DNA of 64,000 nucleotides from Fimicolochytrium jonesii (lineage: Eukaryota): contig NW_026515668.1 of assembly GCF_025526975.1 (NCBI RefSeq), positions 930,001 to 994,000 on the forward strand, written 5' to 3'. This document shows positions 48,033-61,056 of this stretch, piece by piece (within the stretch, counting starts at the first letter, position 1; each line of letters starts with the position of its first letter). The translations under genes were made by a program, and so were the position numbers. The notes under the pieces were generated by a model. That model did not search any database. It was given only the letters and a program-made list of their open reading frames with translations, and was not told the DNA's origin.

Positions 48033-48358
48033 AGGGCGGAGGGAGGGGGTTGAGATTTAGACACCGTAAATTTAGAGTCCCTGAACGAAGTTACCTTGTG
48101 TCATTGGATAGCAGTGACAAAGACCATCTAACCGTCGGGTACGGCGACCTCTACACATATCTGTCTGCTGTATTGTCCAGGGTCTGTCTGCCTCCCCCGA
48201 TTCGTACGCACACAAGCGCATGTGGCATCGTAACGAACGCGACGCAAAACTCCTAACGCGTTCTCGTCCGCCCTCTGCCCAAAATCCCACTTCTCCTTTT
48301 CGCTCTTCCCACCCACACCTCCAAAACACCGCAATATTATAGGCCTTTGACATAGAGG

Positions 48359-49952
48359 ATGGCGGCAACAGCAACGACAGCAGCCGCGGCAGCTCAGGAC
48401 GCTTCCTCCTCAGCTACCTCCACCACCACTTCAAGTAAGTACGTCCCCCCCCCCCCCCCCCCGGCCCCCCTCCCGCTGCCTTACTCCACCACTGACACCC
48501 CACTCGCCCCCTTCACTGCCCAGCCGACCACCCCTACCTCGTAACCTTCATCCCCCTCAACCCCCCCGGCGCCCCATCATCCAGTACATCACACACACGA
48601 AGAATAGTCAACCTCGAACACCCCGTGTCGATCGGCCGGTTGTTGGATAAGGACGAGCCGGATTTTAGGGGGTTGAAGTTTGCGAGTAAGGTTGTGAGCA
48701 GACGACATGCTGTTATGGGGTTTTTGGATCGGAAGGTAGGTCTGAGAATCATACAGTTGTGTGTGTGTGGGGGGGGGGGGGGGGGGGGCTTGCGATGTGG
48801 GTTGTGGGACGGCGATGTTTAGCTTGTTTCGTCGACGGGATGTCGGACGGGATATCTCCCTGTTCTATGCACCCTTCCCAACCCCCACGACTTACGCGAT
48901 CTCACACCCACCCTATTTGATGTCATTCAACCCACAGCTCTACATCCAAGACACATCCTCCTCCTCCGGCACCTTCCTCAACTCCAAGCGGCTGTCCCCG
49001 CAAGGCACCGAGAGCGGGAAAGTGGAGGTGCGGGATGGGGATGTGATCCGGTTGGGGGAGGAGTGTGAGGTGAACGGTGGTACGTGTTGGTATCATACCA
49101 CGTCATATCATATCATCCGATGTTAGCGAAGAGGGGGGACTGATCCATGATGTTGACGTGTTTTTTTTTTCGTTTTATAGTGGTGCATCAGGCGGTAACC
49201 CTGAAAGTAGCCTTAGGAAACGTAACGGCGCTGAAAGGGAGGGAATCGCAGCCGGGGCGTCACCCATCCGAGGATTCTGATAACTACATGTACGTCGTCC
49301 ATCCTCCATCCTCCAACCATTGTGGGGGTACATAACACACTCATCTATGCCCGCAGCGACCTCTCAACAAACCCGCTAATCCAACACGCCGTCGACTCCG
49401 AGTTCACGCTCATCTGGTCCTCGCTGACACGGGGGTTAGACCACCCGCTTAAAAAACTGCGTGACGCCGCCGTCTCCGCCTCCCAAGCCACACGCACGCC
49501 TTCGTCCATATCACAGTCGTCGTCGAAGGGTACGAATCGGTCGAGTAGCGGGTCGACGGTGACGACAGGGATGGGGAGACGGCCAAGCGCGACGCCGCCG
49601 AGGGGACTGGTGATTCGGGAGGGGGAGGTGTGGGGGGAGACTCCGGGGAGTGTGGTGAGGAATTTTAGTGGAGATAGTCTTGCGACTGTTGGGGGTGCGG
49701 GCTCTGGGAGCAGAGCAGGAGAGGCAGGAGGGCTGGGGCAAGGGGTTGTTTCGCCGGGACTGAGGACTGCTGTTGGGGGTGAGGGGGTTTTGGCAGGTGT
49801 GTGTGTGAGTGATTGGGTGCATGAAGAGGAGGGATGGTCATACTTACTGTATCTTGTTTGCGGTGATAGTTGAACCGTATATCCCGTTTGGAATCCCGCC
49901 GTCCGACCCGCCGTCTGATGAACTGAGGCCGCCGACGCTCGGGAAACAGTGA
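48359..49952 (+). CDS. FHA-domain protein (Dma/Vps64/SLMAP-type FHA), multi-exon; 3' end tentative
   Basis: VSIGR..FASKVVSRRHA..LYIQDTSSSSGTFLNSKRLS..VRDGDVIRLG. Confidence 0.85.
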
Positions 49953-50304
49953 ACAGATCGGGTCAATCACCCCTCGCCTCTCCAACTCCACCGAAACCCC
50001 ATTTTTAGACTTTTAGAACACACTCACACAGTTCATCATCACGTATATGATCTCCCTATCCAAGTTATCACAATTATCATCATTAGAGAGGGGCTGAGGG
50101 AGGATGGACAATGCATATTTCCACGCCGTTGGGTGCGCGGGGAGTTGACGCCGGGTTATCAAGCCCGCTTTCTCTTCCATTCCGTGACATCGGATGTGTA
50201 CCATTCTACAAACGTCGGCAGATAATAGAACCGGACGAGGTGTCGAGGGGCGGGTATAATTGATCTTATAGATGGCGAATGTATTAGGAGCGCGGAGAGT
50301 TGTG

Positions 50305-51574
50305 CTAGGAGGCTCCGGCCGACTTCATAGATATCTCCACCGCCTCCCTCACAACCAAAAACCTCCCTGGGGCCGGCGGGGCCGGTCTCAGCTCCTCCAC
50401 CGACCGTAACGTGTGCGTTGGCGCGGGTGGGCCGGTGGCGGCCATTGTCGCCGCGACCCAATTTGGATCTGTGAGGGGTGAGAGGTCTTCTGCGGGCGGG
50501 GTTGCGGTGGAGGTGGGGCGGATGTGCCAGGCTGGTTGTTGGCTTGGGAGTTTCTTCAGGGGTTATGTTAATGGAATGCGATGGGAGATTAAGGTGGGGC
50601 AAGGTTTTTTTACCTCGCGGATGGTAGCGTACTCCTCCTCCCTGCTGGAGTACTCACGGACGAGATGCGAAGTGCCGAACTCGTGGTAGACGCGTGTATC
50701 GTTGATGCGGAAGAGAACATCGTCGACCCGGAGGAAGAAGCGTTGGAGGACTAGGAAGCAGGATGGCATTACGCGCTGTGGGAAGAAAAGGGCGTTATGA
50801 GCCGCGGCACATCTCGCAATACCGTCTCCTGGTCTTGGCCCCTCATAACTTGGCAAACTCACCACCCGTAACGTCAAAAGCGCCGTCCCATTGTCCCCCA
50901 ACTCATCCTCAAACAGCACCACCTCATCGTAAAACAAGATCGGATCTGGCCGCTTCAGCCGCTCCACATCCACCCCATGTGTCGTCGTCGGCTCAAACGG
51001 CCGTTGTGGTGATGAGACCACCGTGCCGGTGTAGTCAGTGCTGTAGGTCCAGTCGTAGGGCTTGACGACGTCTTTGATTTTGTGGGCGTCGGGGCTTGGG
51101 AGAATATCACATCCGTGTTCGTAAGATTGCATGTTTCGATATGAAATATATGCAGTTTCATCATAGATGCCCGCCCCCTCACAACATACTTGTTCTTTGC
51201 CCAATGCGCCGCACAAGCGACTTTGATCCCCTCTGCGGACTCTGGCGACGCATCCACCCGTTTCAACGCATCCACCGCCCTGAACGTGATATGTAGCCCA
51301 GATTCGTGCGTGATATCTAGGAAGTTGTTGCCAAACAGCATCTCGGGTGTTGGGACCGGTAATATCGCGGATGCCCTAGCATGTCCATCACGAAAATTCT
51401 TGTCAGTATGTGTGCTCCATGGTCATTGGTGAATAATGGGGAAACCCACTGCTCGAGTTCTCCAGCGTTGCATATGGCGGCTTTTCCGGTGGTGATTGCC
51501 CAGCCGTGCAGGGCGATGCCGGACTTGCCGGGCCCGCCAGAAAGCCGTACTGGGGCATCGCTGCTCGTCGTCAT
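50305..51574 (-). CDS. TIP41: TIP41/TIPRL PP2A regulator, multi-exon
   Basis: PEMLFGNN, VVKPYDWTYSTDYTGT, PILFYDEVVLFEDELGDNG, RVMPSCFLVLQRFFLRVDDVLFRINDTRVYHEF. Confidence 0.96.
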
Positions 51575-51807
51575 GGGAGGGATATGGGCGAGTGGCTGGT
51601 CGTAAGCTCCGAGGACGAAGATGACAGGACGATGTGCGCACTTGGCAGAGGATCCTCAGACGGCAGTAAACGACGAGGCGAGCAGCAAAGTTGTGAGCGG
51701 CCTTGGAAGCAGTATACCAGTACTAGTGTTGGAACTGTGTGATATCAGTTCGAGGGTAAAGATCACGCCTTGCAATTGAAGAGATTGAAGTGGGAATGAA
51801 GGCACCA

Positions 51808-51940
51808 GCGACGGTGGGGATTCTGGTGGGGATTCGTTCACTCAGGAAACCCATTGACAAGCAGATTGACACCCCAAACCCCATCCCCTCTCGCCTCCCC
51901 ACCAGAACCGAAATAAGCCATGCTCAAGCAACCACGACAG
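51808..51940 (+). repeat. Duplicated fragment of the BET3 5' region (inverted copy of about 6674-6816)
   Basis: Shared strings gattcgttcactcag, cccattgacaagcagattgac and ctcgcctccccaccagaaccgaaataagccATGctcaagcaaccacgacag. Confidence 0.95.
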
Positions 51941-52385
51941 TAAGTTTGGACTCCTAAGTTTGGACTCCTGATTAGATCTTCAGTCTAACGCTCTCCCAAC
52001 GGAGCTAAGGAAGCTGGTTGAAAGAGCGATCGTTTATAGAATGTATTACCATACTGGACAGCTGTGCGGTGATGGCAATCCTCGAGGAACCTTCTTATCA
52101 GATAGTAGGATATCTGTTGCTTCTGGCGGGCTCCGGCCTGGTTTTCTGTCTTCCCGTATCATACACGGAGTGAGTTTCAGCCCGGGCGAGGTCATCCCTG
52201 CCAAATACATTGGTCCAAACGAGTGAAGAGAAATCTGATGCAGACGACCCCGTGCATCAATTCAGTGTAAATGTTGATGTTTCATACGAAGTGATATGTT
52301 CTGAGAGCTGCAGTACGCCGAGATGTGAGATATTGCTCGAAATGTCCTGCCATTTCATCCCCCAACCCTTGCTCTCTATCTCACT

Positions 52386-52958
52386 CTACTTGAACCCGGC
52401 AGTCTCAACCAACACCTTCACCAACCCGTCCACACCCACCCGGTCCTCCTCATCAAACCCCTCCTTAACCAAACAATCAATATCCAACACCCCCACGACC
52501 CTCCCTCCCACCACAATCGGCACCACCAACTCGCTCTCGGTATTCGAATCACAGGCAATATGTCCCGGGAACAGATGCACGTCAGGCACGAGTTGCGTTG
52601 ATGCGGTCGCAGCCGCCGCGCCGCAGACACCCTTGTTGGGCGGGATGATCGTACAGGCTACCCGGCCCTGAAACGGCGCCAGGATGAGTTTTGGCGGTCC
52701 CTTTGGTGGTGGTGATCCCGCCTCTGGTACTCCGGCAACACCGTCCAGAACATCCTTCGTCAGATAGAAACCGAGCCAGTTGATCTCCCTGCTGACGGGC
52801 GGGTCGCGGTAAGCGTGGAACAGCAGGGCGGAGAAGTTTGCGAGGTTGGAGGTGAGCGGGAGGGAAGGGTCGACGAGGGCGGAGGTTTGCTCGAGGACGG
52901 CGGCGTAGAAGGCTGGCTTGGCGAGGGGGTAGGCGAAGCCCGGGACTGTTTCGAGCAT
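52386..52958 (-). CDS. Free methionine-(R)-sulfoxide reductase, GAF domain (MsrC/YKL069W-like)
   Basis: NLANFSALL, INWLGFYL, LAPFQGRVACTII..KGVCG, VPDVHLFPGHIACDSNTESELVVPI, GVLDIDC. Confidence 0.95.
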   Translation of the reverse strand: MLETVPGFAYPLAKPAFYAAVLEQTSALVDPSLPLTSNLANFSALLFHAYRDPPVSREINWLGFYLTKDVLDGVAGVPEAGSPPPKGPPKLILAPFQGRVACTIIPPNKGVCGAAAATASTQLVPDVHLFPGHIACDSNTESELVVPIVVGGRVVGVLDIDCLVKEGFDEEDRVGVDGLVKVLVETAGFK

Positions 52959-53966
52959 CGTTGCGGATGTTCTTTGGAGGTGTGATTTTTCTATACTCTG
53001 CTTTCCTATGCCTCTCTGTCCGGCGCTACCTGGCGCTTCAGACGGTATTCTTATTATGTTGCGAGACAGGGTTGGGTGGTGGGGGGATGACCCTTCTGGC
53101 TTGACTTTGGAGAAACGAAGGCGGTGCATTTCACAGCGTTTGTCACACTGCGGGATCTCCCTCGTCGGGACGCGTTAGAGCGATTGCGCAATCAAAAAGG
53201 CGTGTTCTCCTGTATTATCGACACTCTTCGCTGTTTGGACAGGACTTGCTTCCGTCCCACCCTGACGGCCCATGTGCGATGGGTCAGTCCGGGGATGCGT
53301 TGCTCCTGTTTGAGTTGACTAATAAGTGTTGATCAGAGAAAAGAAGCGAGAGAAGCGCAGAGTGGAGTTGAGCTGGGATATGAACGCGTTCTCCAACTTC
53401 CAAATCGCTCTGTCGGGCGGAGAAACCTCAATAGGATGATTTCAGGTTAACGCCTAGTGAGAGAGAGAAAATGGCTCTGGAGCATGGAGGGAAGGAGGAA
53501 GTTTTCTTGTGAGGAAGGAGACTCCCTTGAGTGAGTTGAGTTGAGTTGAGGCGCGTCATTCGTGGGGGGTAGAGTTAACGTTTGGACTCTCACTCATTTC
53601 TACCCAGGCTCGTCTGGCCAGATCAAACCTGAGTCATTCATCCATGTCATCAACAGCAATATTATTTATATCCGCCCTGGTCTCAAGCCACGCAAGTTCG
53701 TGCGACATCGCATTATGATAAGTGCGATCATTATGACATTCCCCCTCCCTTTCCTTCGCTTTCCTTCTCAACAACAACCCTCCCTCATTCCTCATTCCTT
53801 ATTCTACACCACCCGGTTCAAACACTCGCCCCCTTCACAACCCTGCCGAAACCCCCTCCGCAACCCAAGAAGCTTCAGCGCCGGGCGCTCAACCAGACTC
53901 TTCACACCCGCGGCGTCCAACATCACACCCCCATTTCACACCTCCCAGTTCACAGAAGTTGGACAA

Positions 53967-54312
53967 ATGCGGCACCATCTCGAAGCATACCACACCCACC
54001 TATGGGGCGCCTTCTACCTCACGCTTGCGATACTCGGTGGTGTCTTTGCGGGGGCGCTTAAATGGCAGGCGCAGACCGAGTTTAGCGGGGAGCATGTTTG
54101 GTAGGTGATTCAGGAAAAAGCGAGGTGGGACGAAGGTGGGAGGAGGATGAACAGGGTGCGGGGTGTTGCTCAAGCGCCAGCGAGCGCGTTCCTCTGCGGC
54201 GAGGGAAGCGAATCGAGGTGTCTCCGGCACGCAAAGCGGAAGTGCAGGGTTGGTTTCGCTTTGATTCGCGGAAAGAAACCCGAAGCGACAGCGGCCGGCG
54301 ATAATCTTCGGG

Positions 54313-54345
<33 letters not shown>

Positions 54346-54941
54346 ACCCCGGGATTGTTTGTTTCTCGTCGCATCGCATCGCTCGACCCATCGCTCATCC
54401 TCCTCTCATCTCCCCCCCTTTCCCAGCCTCTTATTCTGGTCCGCAGCCGACCAAGCCCAGGGCGTGAAAACCTCTAACATGTGCGGTGTCGCCATCGGGT
54501 AAGCTATCCCCCCCTTCGCACCCTCCCTCCCTCCCACCCACTTGCTAACCCCCCGTCTCCCCACCCAGAATCGGCACCCTAGGCCTCCTCCTCTCCCTCA
54601 CCCTCGGCACCCTCACCACCCTCCTCCTGACACGCTCCACCTCCGGCCGCGCAAAACGCCTCATCCGCGCCCTCGCCGCCCTCTCAACCCTCTACACCCT
54701 CCTCCTCCTCATCGGCGCCTCGCTCGCCACCGCCGGCCTCAGATCCACCTGCGCGAACATCGAAGCGGGCACCGAGGCCGCCCCAGGGATGCGATGCGAG
54801 GACGGGTTCGGCGTCATGGGCAAGCGCCTGGGGACCGTCAAGGCGGGGGTGAGTGCCGCGTGGGTCGGGGTGGGCGCGTGGATGGCGTACAGCGCCGCGG
54901 AGTGGTGGAATTGGAAGGTTGCTAGTGAGCGGTGGTGGTGA
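53967..54941 (+). CDS. Four-TM membrane protein, TMEM179-like (3 exons)
   Basis: Spliced: ...QTEFSGEHVC|LLFW..NMCGVAIG|IGTLGLLLSL..TAGLRSTCANIE..CEDGF..VSAAWVGVGAWMAY. Four hydrophobic spans with paired Cys. Confidence 0.65.
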
Positions 54942-55402
54942 GGGGAGCGGGACCCCCATGTGCGGCTGTGGATATGAGCGGGTTGGGATGTGGGTATCCC
55001 ATGAGATTATGACGCGGGGGAATGAGAGCCGGGCTCTTTGTTTCCCCCCTTCCCCCCCTCGGGACTTTGGGTTTTGTTTCCTAGACGTATGCTTTGGTTT
55101 CCCGTTTTTTTCGAGGCGTAAACCTTTACACATCTACACGGCGTTGGACCACTTTTTTATTTACGGTTGTTGGGGTTGTAATATAGGCTATGGTTGATAT
55201 GTTTTGTGAATAGAAATGCAGGAGACTCGGATTATTGCTTTCGGTATGCTTTTTATTATGCAATGTATTTTGGGTGAGAGTGTACAGAGCGGGTTGGTGC
55301 AGATATATACGATTTGAAGCGTCTCCCAAGAGGCTTGCAGACTACGGGGTATTGTGCGGTGTAGGGTTGGGCGCCTATGCTGTGGGCAATATGTAGGGTC
55401 CC

Positions 55403-56676
55403 TTACAACACCTTGGCTTCGTTCTTCAATTTGTCGATGAGCTGGAAGAGCGACAGGGATAGAGACAACGGTCAACACGATCATCCCCATTCATATTGCA
55501 TTCTACCAACCCAGTGTGATCCCTTGAACAACCCCCTTCCCCTGCTCGCCCCCACCCAACCTACCTCATCAACACTCTCAACCTTCTTCCCCCCGCTCCT
55601 CTTCTGCGGCTCCGCGATATCAATCGTCTCAATACTCGGCTTAATGTCAACGCCCAAATCCTGCGCCTTGAACACCTCCATCTTCTTCTTCTTGGCTTTC
55701 ATGATGTTTGGGAGTGTTGCATAGCGGGGTTCGTTTAGACTGCGGAGAGGTATTAGCATTCAGTTCGCGAAACAATGCGAAGGAGGAGAATGGGGGGTGA
55801 CATAACACATACCGTAAATCCGTAGTAACAACAGCCGGCACCTCCATCTTCACCGTCTCCAACCCACCATCCACCTCCCGCGTCACCGTCACCTTCCCCC
55901 CATCCACCTCGACCTTATTAGCGAACGTGCCCTGCGACCACCCCAGAAGACCGGCGAGCATCTGCCCTGTTTGCGAGCTGTCGTCGTCGATGGCTTGTTT
56001 GCCGAGGATGATCAGGGAGGGCGATTCTTTGCGTGTTATGGAGGCTATTAGCTTTGCTACCTGAGTGGGTGAGAGGGAGGCGATGAGTGGGGCATCGTAT
56101 GAAGCGAACGAGGATGATGATGCGAAGCGAAGTGATGGACGGATGAAAGAAACGAGATTCTGCTCGCTCCCGATCGCGACAAGGCCGTGGAAGGAAATCA
56201 ATGTTCGCTGACGCTCGCATCTACCAGTCGCTGTTGCTCGCTAGAACGGCGCCTGAGCGAACCTCGCTCCGCTCACGCTCATAGTCGCTCGCGTGTAGAC
56301 TCATACCTGAAGCGGTAAAACCTCCGTCCCCTCCCCCACATCCACATGCACCGCCCGATCAGCCCCCATCGCCAACGCCGTCCTTAACGTCTCCGCCGAC
56401 TTCGGCCCCCCGATACTCAACGCAATGACCTCCTTCGCGACCTTCTTCTCCTTCAGACGCACGGCTTCCTCGACGGCGATCTCGTCGAAGGGGTTCATCG
56501 AGTGCTGGGGGGGGATGACAAGGAGGTTTATTAGCACGCTGGAATTACGGTCAGTTTTTCGGGGGGAATGGAAGGGTTACCTTGACATTGGTATCGATTT
56601 TGCCGCCCGTGACGCGGACCTTGACGGCGTAGTCGATGACCCGCTTCACGGGGACGAGGATGCGGTTGAGCGACAT
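55403..56676 (-). CDS. ETFB: Electron transfer flavoprotein beta subunit (5 exons)
   Basis: [73 protein letters not shown]. Confidence 0.97.
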
Positions 56677-57744
56677 TGTTGTTGTGGTGTTGGAGCTTGG
56701 CTGGGTGGTGGGAGAATGGGGAAAATGGGAAGGGGGATGGGGCAGCTCCAAGCCGGGCTGTGATGTGAGCGGAATGACCCGATGAGCCGACGCGTGCGTT
56801 CCGGGTTCCTCCGGCCGTCTCCGCGACAGACGCATCTGATGGAAGGCATGAGGCCCACCTTCCAATCCACGCGGTACCTGAGAAAGATTCACTCTTTCGG
56901 AAAATACATACATACATCAGCAGCGAGCGTAGACCCTTGGAACACAACACACCAACCTCTCTCCTTTATCTGCTTGCAAGGACCTCTCCGTAATTCGCTC
57001 GCGTCTACCGTTTTATGGCCCTATCCTATTTTTCTACTGTAACTTTAGCTGATATGCACAATTCCATGGCATCTAAAATGGCCAAATCCCGCCTCCTTGC
57101 ATTCGACTCGAACCATCCTCGAGACAGCTATTTCAGTCCAACCCCAACTCCCGTACCCAATATGCATATCATAGATATCAGCGAGAACAGCGGGCCAAAA
57201 AAAAAACTGCGTGTGGATTAGGGGATTTAGAGTGATCTGTTTTAGGTAAGTGTGAGGGATTGCGGCAGGGTGAGGGATTGCGGTTGTTGACCTGGTGGGT
57301 GGTCGGCGAAAGGATGGTACTGTACTGTACAGAGCTGCTCGCCCATTGCGTTGCGAAGGAGGAAGGTTAGTGGGCCGTTGAGAGCCTTCGCAATAGCGTT
57401 GCGAATTTGGGAGGGAACGCTCAATGGGAAGGCAATGGGAAGCGTGGCCAACGGGAAGCAACATTAGGCTGCGCGTCCAGAGGCCTAAGTTCCGTCGGTT
57501 CACATCCCGCCGTCTCGTGGATGATGGCGGGGGGGACGTCGGACCCGGTGGGTAAAAATGTAGCCATACTTGATGATGTCGTTTCGACGGATGCTTGTAT
57601 TATGTACAGATTCTCTAAGCAAAAGGTCCCCGGCGAACCGGGTGAAGGAAAGGAATCCGAGTATGTGCGGGTGACTGGAAGCAGAGACTATGAAGGATGG
57701 GGTCGTCCACTATCGTATCTACATGCGCTGGCCAAAAGAAATAT

Positions 57745-59381
57745 CTACATGAAGTGCCTAGCCAAAAGACGAATGTTAGAATGCCTTCGTGCGCATAAGG
57801 AGCGGAACATAGTCGGACTTACTTTCGCATGTAACCTGAGACGGTCTCGAAAACCACCAAGAGGATACCACCGCCGGGTCCCAGACGAAGTACTTTCGGT
57901 ACAAAGCCTAGAATCGAAGTGAAGGATGAGGACACGGTTATTCTGGGTTCTCGGGATTCCATGATCCCGCTCCGTTTACCCCTCAGGCGTACCTTTGTAA
58001 AGAGCCCGAGGTCCTTCCTCACGCAGGACCAGTCCAAGTGATGGTAAGGCACCCCGGTATTTGTAAGGAGCAGCCAGCTGCGACTGGATTCTTGTCTTCA
58101 CTGAAAGAGGGAAAGTTTTGTTTAGTTGGCAGCATGATAGCTAGTCATCGGGCCTTCAACCGTAACTGACCGACATCGAACGGGCACTAGGGGAATTCGG
58201 ATTGATTAGCATTTGGAATGGACGCAACCCAAAGATCGGCAACTTACGTTCAGAATGGTGGCAAAAGTACCGCCAATGGCTCCGCAGACAAAGTTCCTCA
58301 TGAGGACACCTTCCTTGGTCTCAGCGACGGGCACAATGTCTCGCACAGTGCTAATGACCCCAAAGTATCCTCCGTTCCAGACGGCATGTCTCCACATGGT
58401 CGCTTCAAGGCCTCGGAAGAATGCGCGGAATCCTGTAAGACAAGATAACATCAGTAAGATCATCGACGCGAACCGATTTTGTGCATTTATCCCAACAAAC
58501 CTTCTTCCTTGAAGATTGTGGAGATGCATTGTGCCCTGCGTCGTGATGAGGTTAAAAGTCGGCTTCCAAGTCGTCTGAACTCTTCATTTTGCTCCACACT
58601 CACGTTCCAGTGTATTTGCCAGCCTAAAGTACGATGCGGTGAGGACCAAATTGCGGGAGGTACTGTGCGAGACGCAATAAGCTGACTTACATTTCGATTG
58701 TCCTGCATCCTGATTTTGATCAACTCCGGCGTCGCCACAATGAATGCTTCCGTGATACCCGCGCTAACACCCGTCAAGACTGCCAGCTGACTCCCACTCT
58801 GCCAGCCAAACTTGGATTTGTAGAGGGCGGTATATTGTTCATTTGCTCCGAACTTGATGGCGCGCTTCGGCGCCTCCACCAATATTGGCGGTACGATTCC
58901 ACGGTAGAGTGTCCCGAATCTAGAATCGCACATTGAGCTCAGCATCTTGCTACTCCGCATCACGACGGTAGCTGACATGGTACCCTCACCCTTCCGTTTT
59001 TATGATGTGTCGAAACGTTCCAACAATCGACGTTCTCTGTTGCGCACCGACGGCCAGTTGCAACCGTGTTTTCACAACGTCCAGGGGGTACATCGTGAGA
59101 ATCTCCGTCGTACCGGCTATCGCACCAGCCACCTGTTAACATCGGGAGAAGTTCCCTTGTCAGCCCCGAAGCTAATCCTAGTGACTACGACCGCCTCCTC
59201 CAACCGCGATAGTTGACTCACCAGGCTGAAATGGAACGGTAGCGGCGCCTGAATGGCTCTCAGCTGGGGTTCTGCTCAAGGTGAAAGTTCACAAGTATGG
59301 TTAGGATACACCCCGCGATGTTGTAATGCCAATGGCAGACGTATTCTCCCACGTACGTGTTGCAGCAGCGTTTGCCGCCAT
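57745..59381 (-). CDS. ODC1: Mitochondrial 2-oxodicarboxylate carrier (Odc1/2, SLC25A21), multi-exon
   Basis: EILTMYPLDVVKTRLQL, LYRGIVPPILVEAPKRAIKF, WRHAVWNGGYFG, GFVPKVLRLGPGGGILLVVF. Confidence 0.95.
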
Positions 59382-60218
59382 GTTGACGTTGGTTTTGGCG
59401 GAAATGGCGAGGAGTGGGAGATCAGGAGACAGCTCAGCAGGAGTCTGAGGATGGGCTGGCAGGGCTGGACAAGAATACGGGTAGTATTTACAGGAGCTGC
59501 GGCTGCTGCTTATGCTTATGGGGCTGGCTCCGAGAGGCTGGGGGGTGAGAAAAGGAAGGCCGTGGCCGGGAAAGCACGGAGCGAGAGGACGCGGGGAGAT
59601 GCGCCGTGATGATGACTCGCCTCTCACAGGATGCTGTCACGCGCCTCACCATTGATATTAATATCGCTCGCCACCGAGATGCACCATCTGGACCATGCCA
59701 ATGACTGTGACCAACGGAGCGAGGAAAGGAAGGCCGTGGCCGGGAAAGCAGCACCGTGTCTCAGATCTGAAAGCCATTGGCATTCTGGCCTGGCCTGGCC
59801 TGCCGCTGGCCAGGCTGGCCAAACTGGCCCGCTGCACGCCGCGTCTCTTGTGACACGGACACTCAATTCCATTAAGAGGTGGGTATAGCTTTATGTTCCC
59901 TGACGGAAATTCAGTTGACGGAAATTTCATTTCAGTTGACGGAGTCCCGGATATCGTTGCTGAACTAGCCAGCACGAAGAAAAAGTAAGGGCTGTCGGTC
60001 GGTCGTCTACACTGGAGCCGGGAGAGCCGTGAGGAGCAAGACGCGTTTGGGGCCCGTCCACCCCGTCCAAGGCCAGAAACATCGACTCCCAAAAAGGCAC
60101 AGCAACACGGGCCAAGACTGCCAAGATCAAGTCCCCTGAAGAGAGTACCCTTACGGACCCCGCCTCCGGCACTTCAAACGTCCCACCACCAGCAGCAGTA
60201 GCACGCCTCGCAACGACA

Positions 60219-61056
60219 ATGACACAAACTCCCATGGACACAGGCCAACCACCGCAAACTCTGCAGCAGCACGATGAAGGCCCGCGGATGCGCACCCTGC
60301 GCCAACTGTTCGACGTGGCACTCGCAAACTGTCTCAACGCTAGCAGGTGGGTAAAGAATGTGTGTGCGTGTTGTGAGAAGGAGAGTGACCCCGTGGACGT
60401 TGTTAGCAATCCAAACGGAAAGTCTCACATGACTGACTCTGGAAGGTGATTCATTAGCTACGATCGTTTCGCACAAGCGTTCCCGAAACTGGCCCGCGAC
60501 GACCCTGACGCTCTGAGGATAGCCCGGGAACAAACGGTGGATTTCATCAGGAACGCCATGCAGGTGGGATTTTGAGCAATGGAGGCGGGAATGATCACCT
60601 GTCCGAGAATCCTCAGACGCTCGACTTCACTTGTAGGAAGAGTTCAACGACATCAACACAGAACGCAACGTTGGCGAACATCTCAACACCCTGGACAGGG
60701 TAATCGCCGCCGCTCTCGCATCACAAAAACAGCATCAACTTCAACAAACGTCGTCAGCAGCAGCAGCTGCAGCTGCAGTATCCGGCACCGGGATAGTCAA
60801 CCCAGTCCAGGCAGTACGAGCGCACGCTGTCCAAGCCAAACGCGCCGAAGTTGAACGACTGAAGGCGCGCCTACAATCGGTCGAGAACGCAACAACAACC
60901 TACGAAACAACCCTGACCGACCTCCGCACGCAAACAGAAACCCTGAAAGACCACATCGAGACGGGCATCGCGTCGTTGTTGGCGTCGCGGACGGCGGTGG
61001 ACCAGTTGGCGGTTGAGGCGACGGGCGGGACGGGTTGTGATGTCGTGTGCAATTGA
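60219..61056 (+). CDS. NNF1: Kinetochore MIND/Mis12 complex subunit Nnf1/PMF1 (3 exons)
   Basis: GPRMRTLRQLFDVAL..SYDRFAQAFP..EEFNDINTERNVGEHLNTLDRVI, then coiled coil. Confidence 0.8.

Noticed and set aside
59550..59945. Local duplications (AAAGGAAGGCCGTGGCCGGGAAAGCA x2; TGACGGAAAT..TCAGT x2-3) in the ODC1/NNF1 promoter
   Set aside because: Real but short local repeats with no evidence of a wider family or function.
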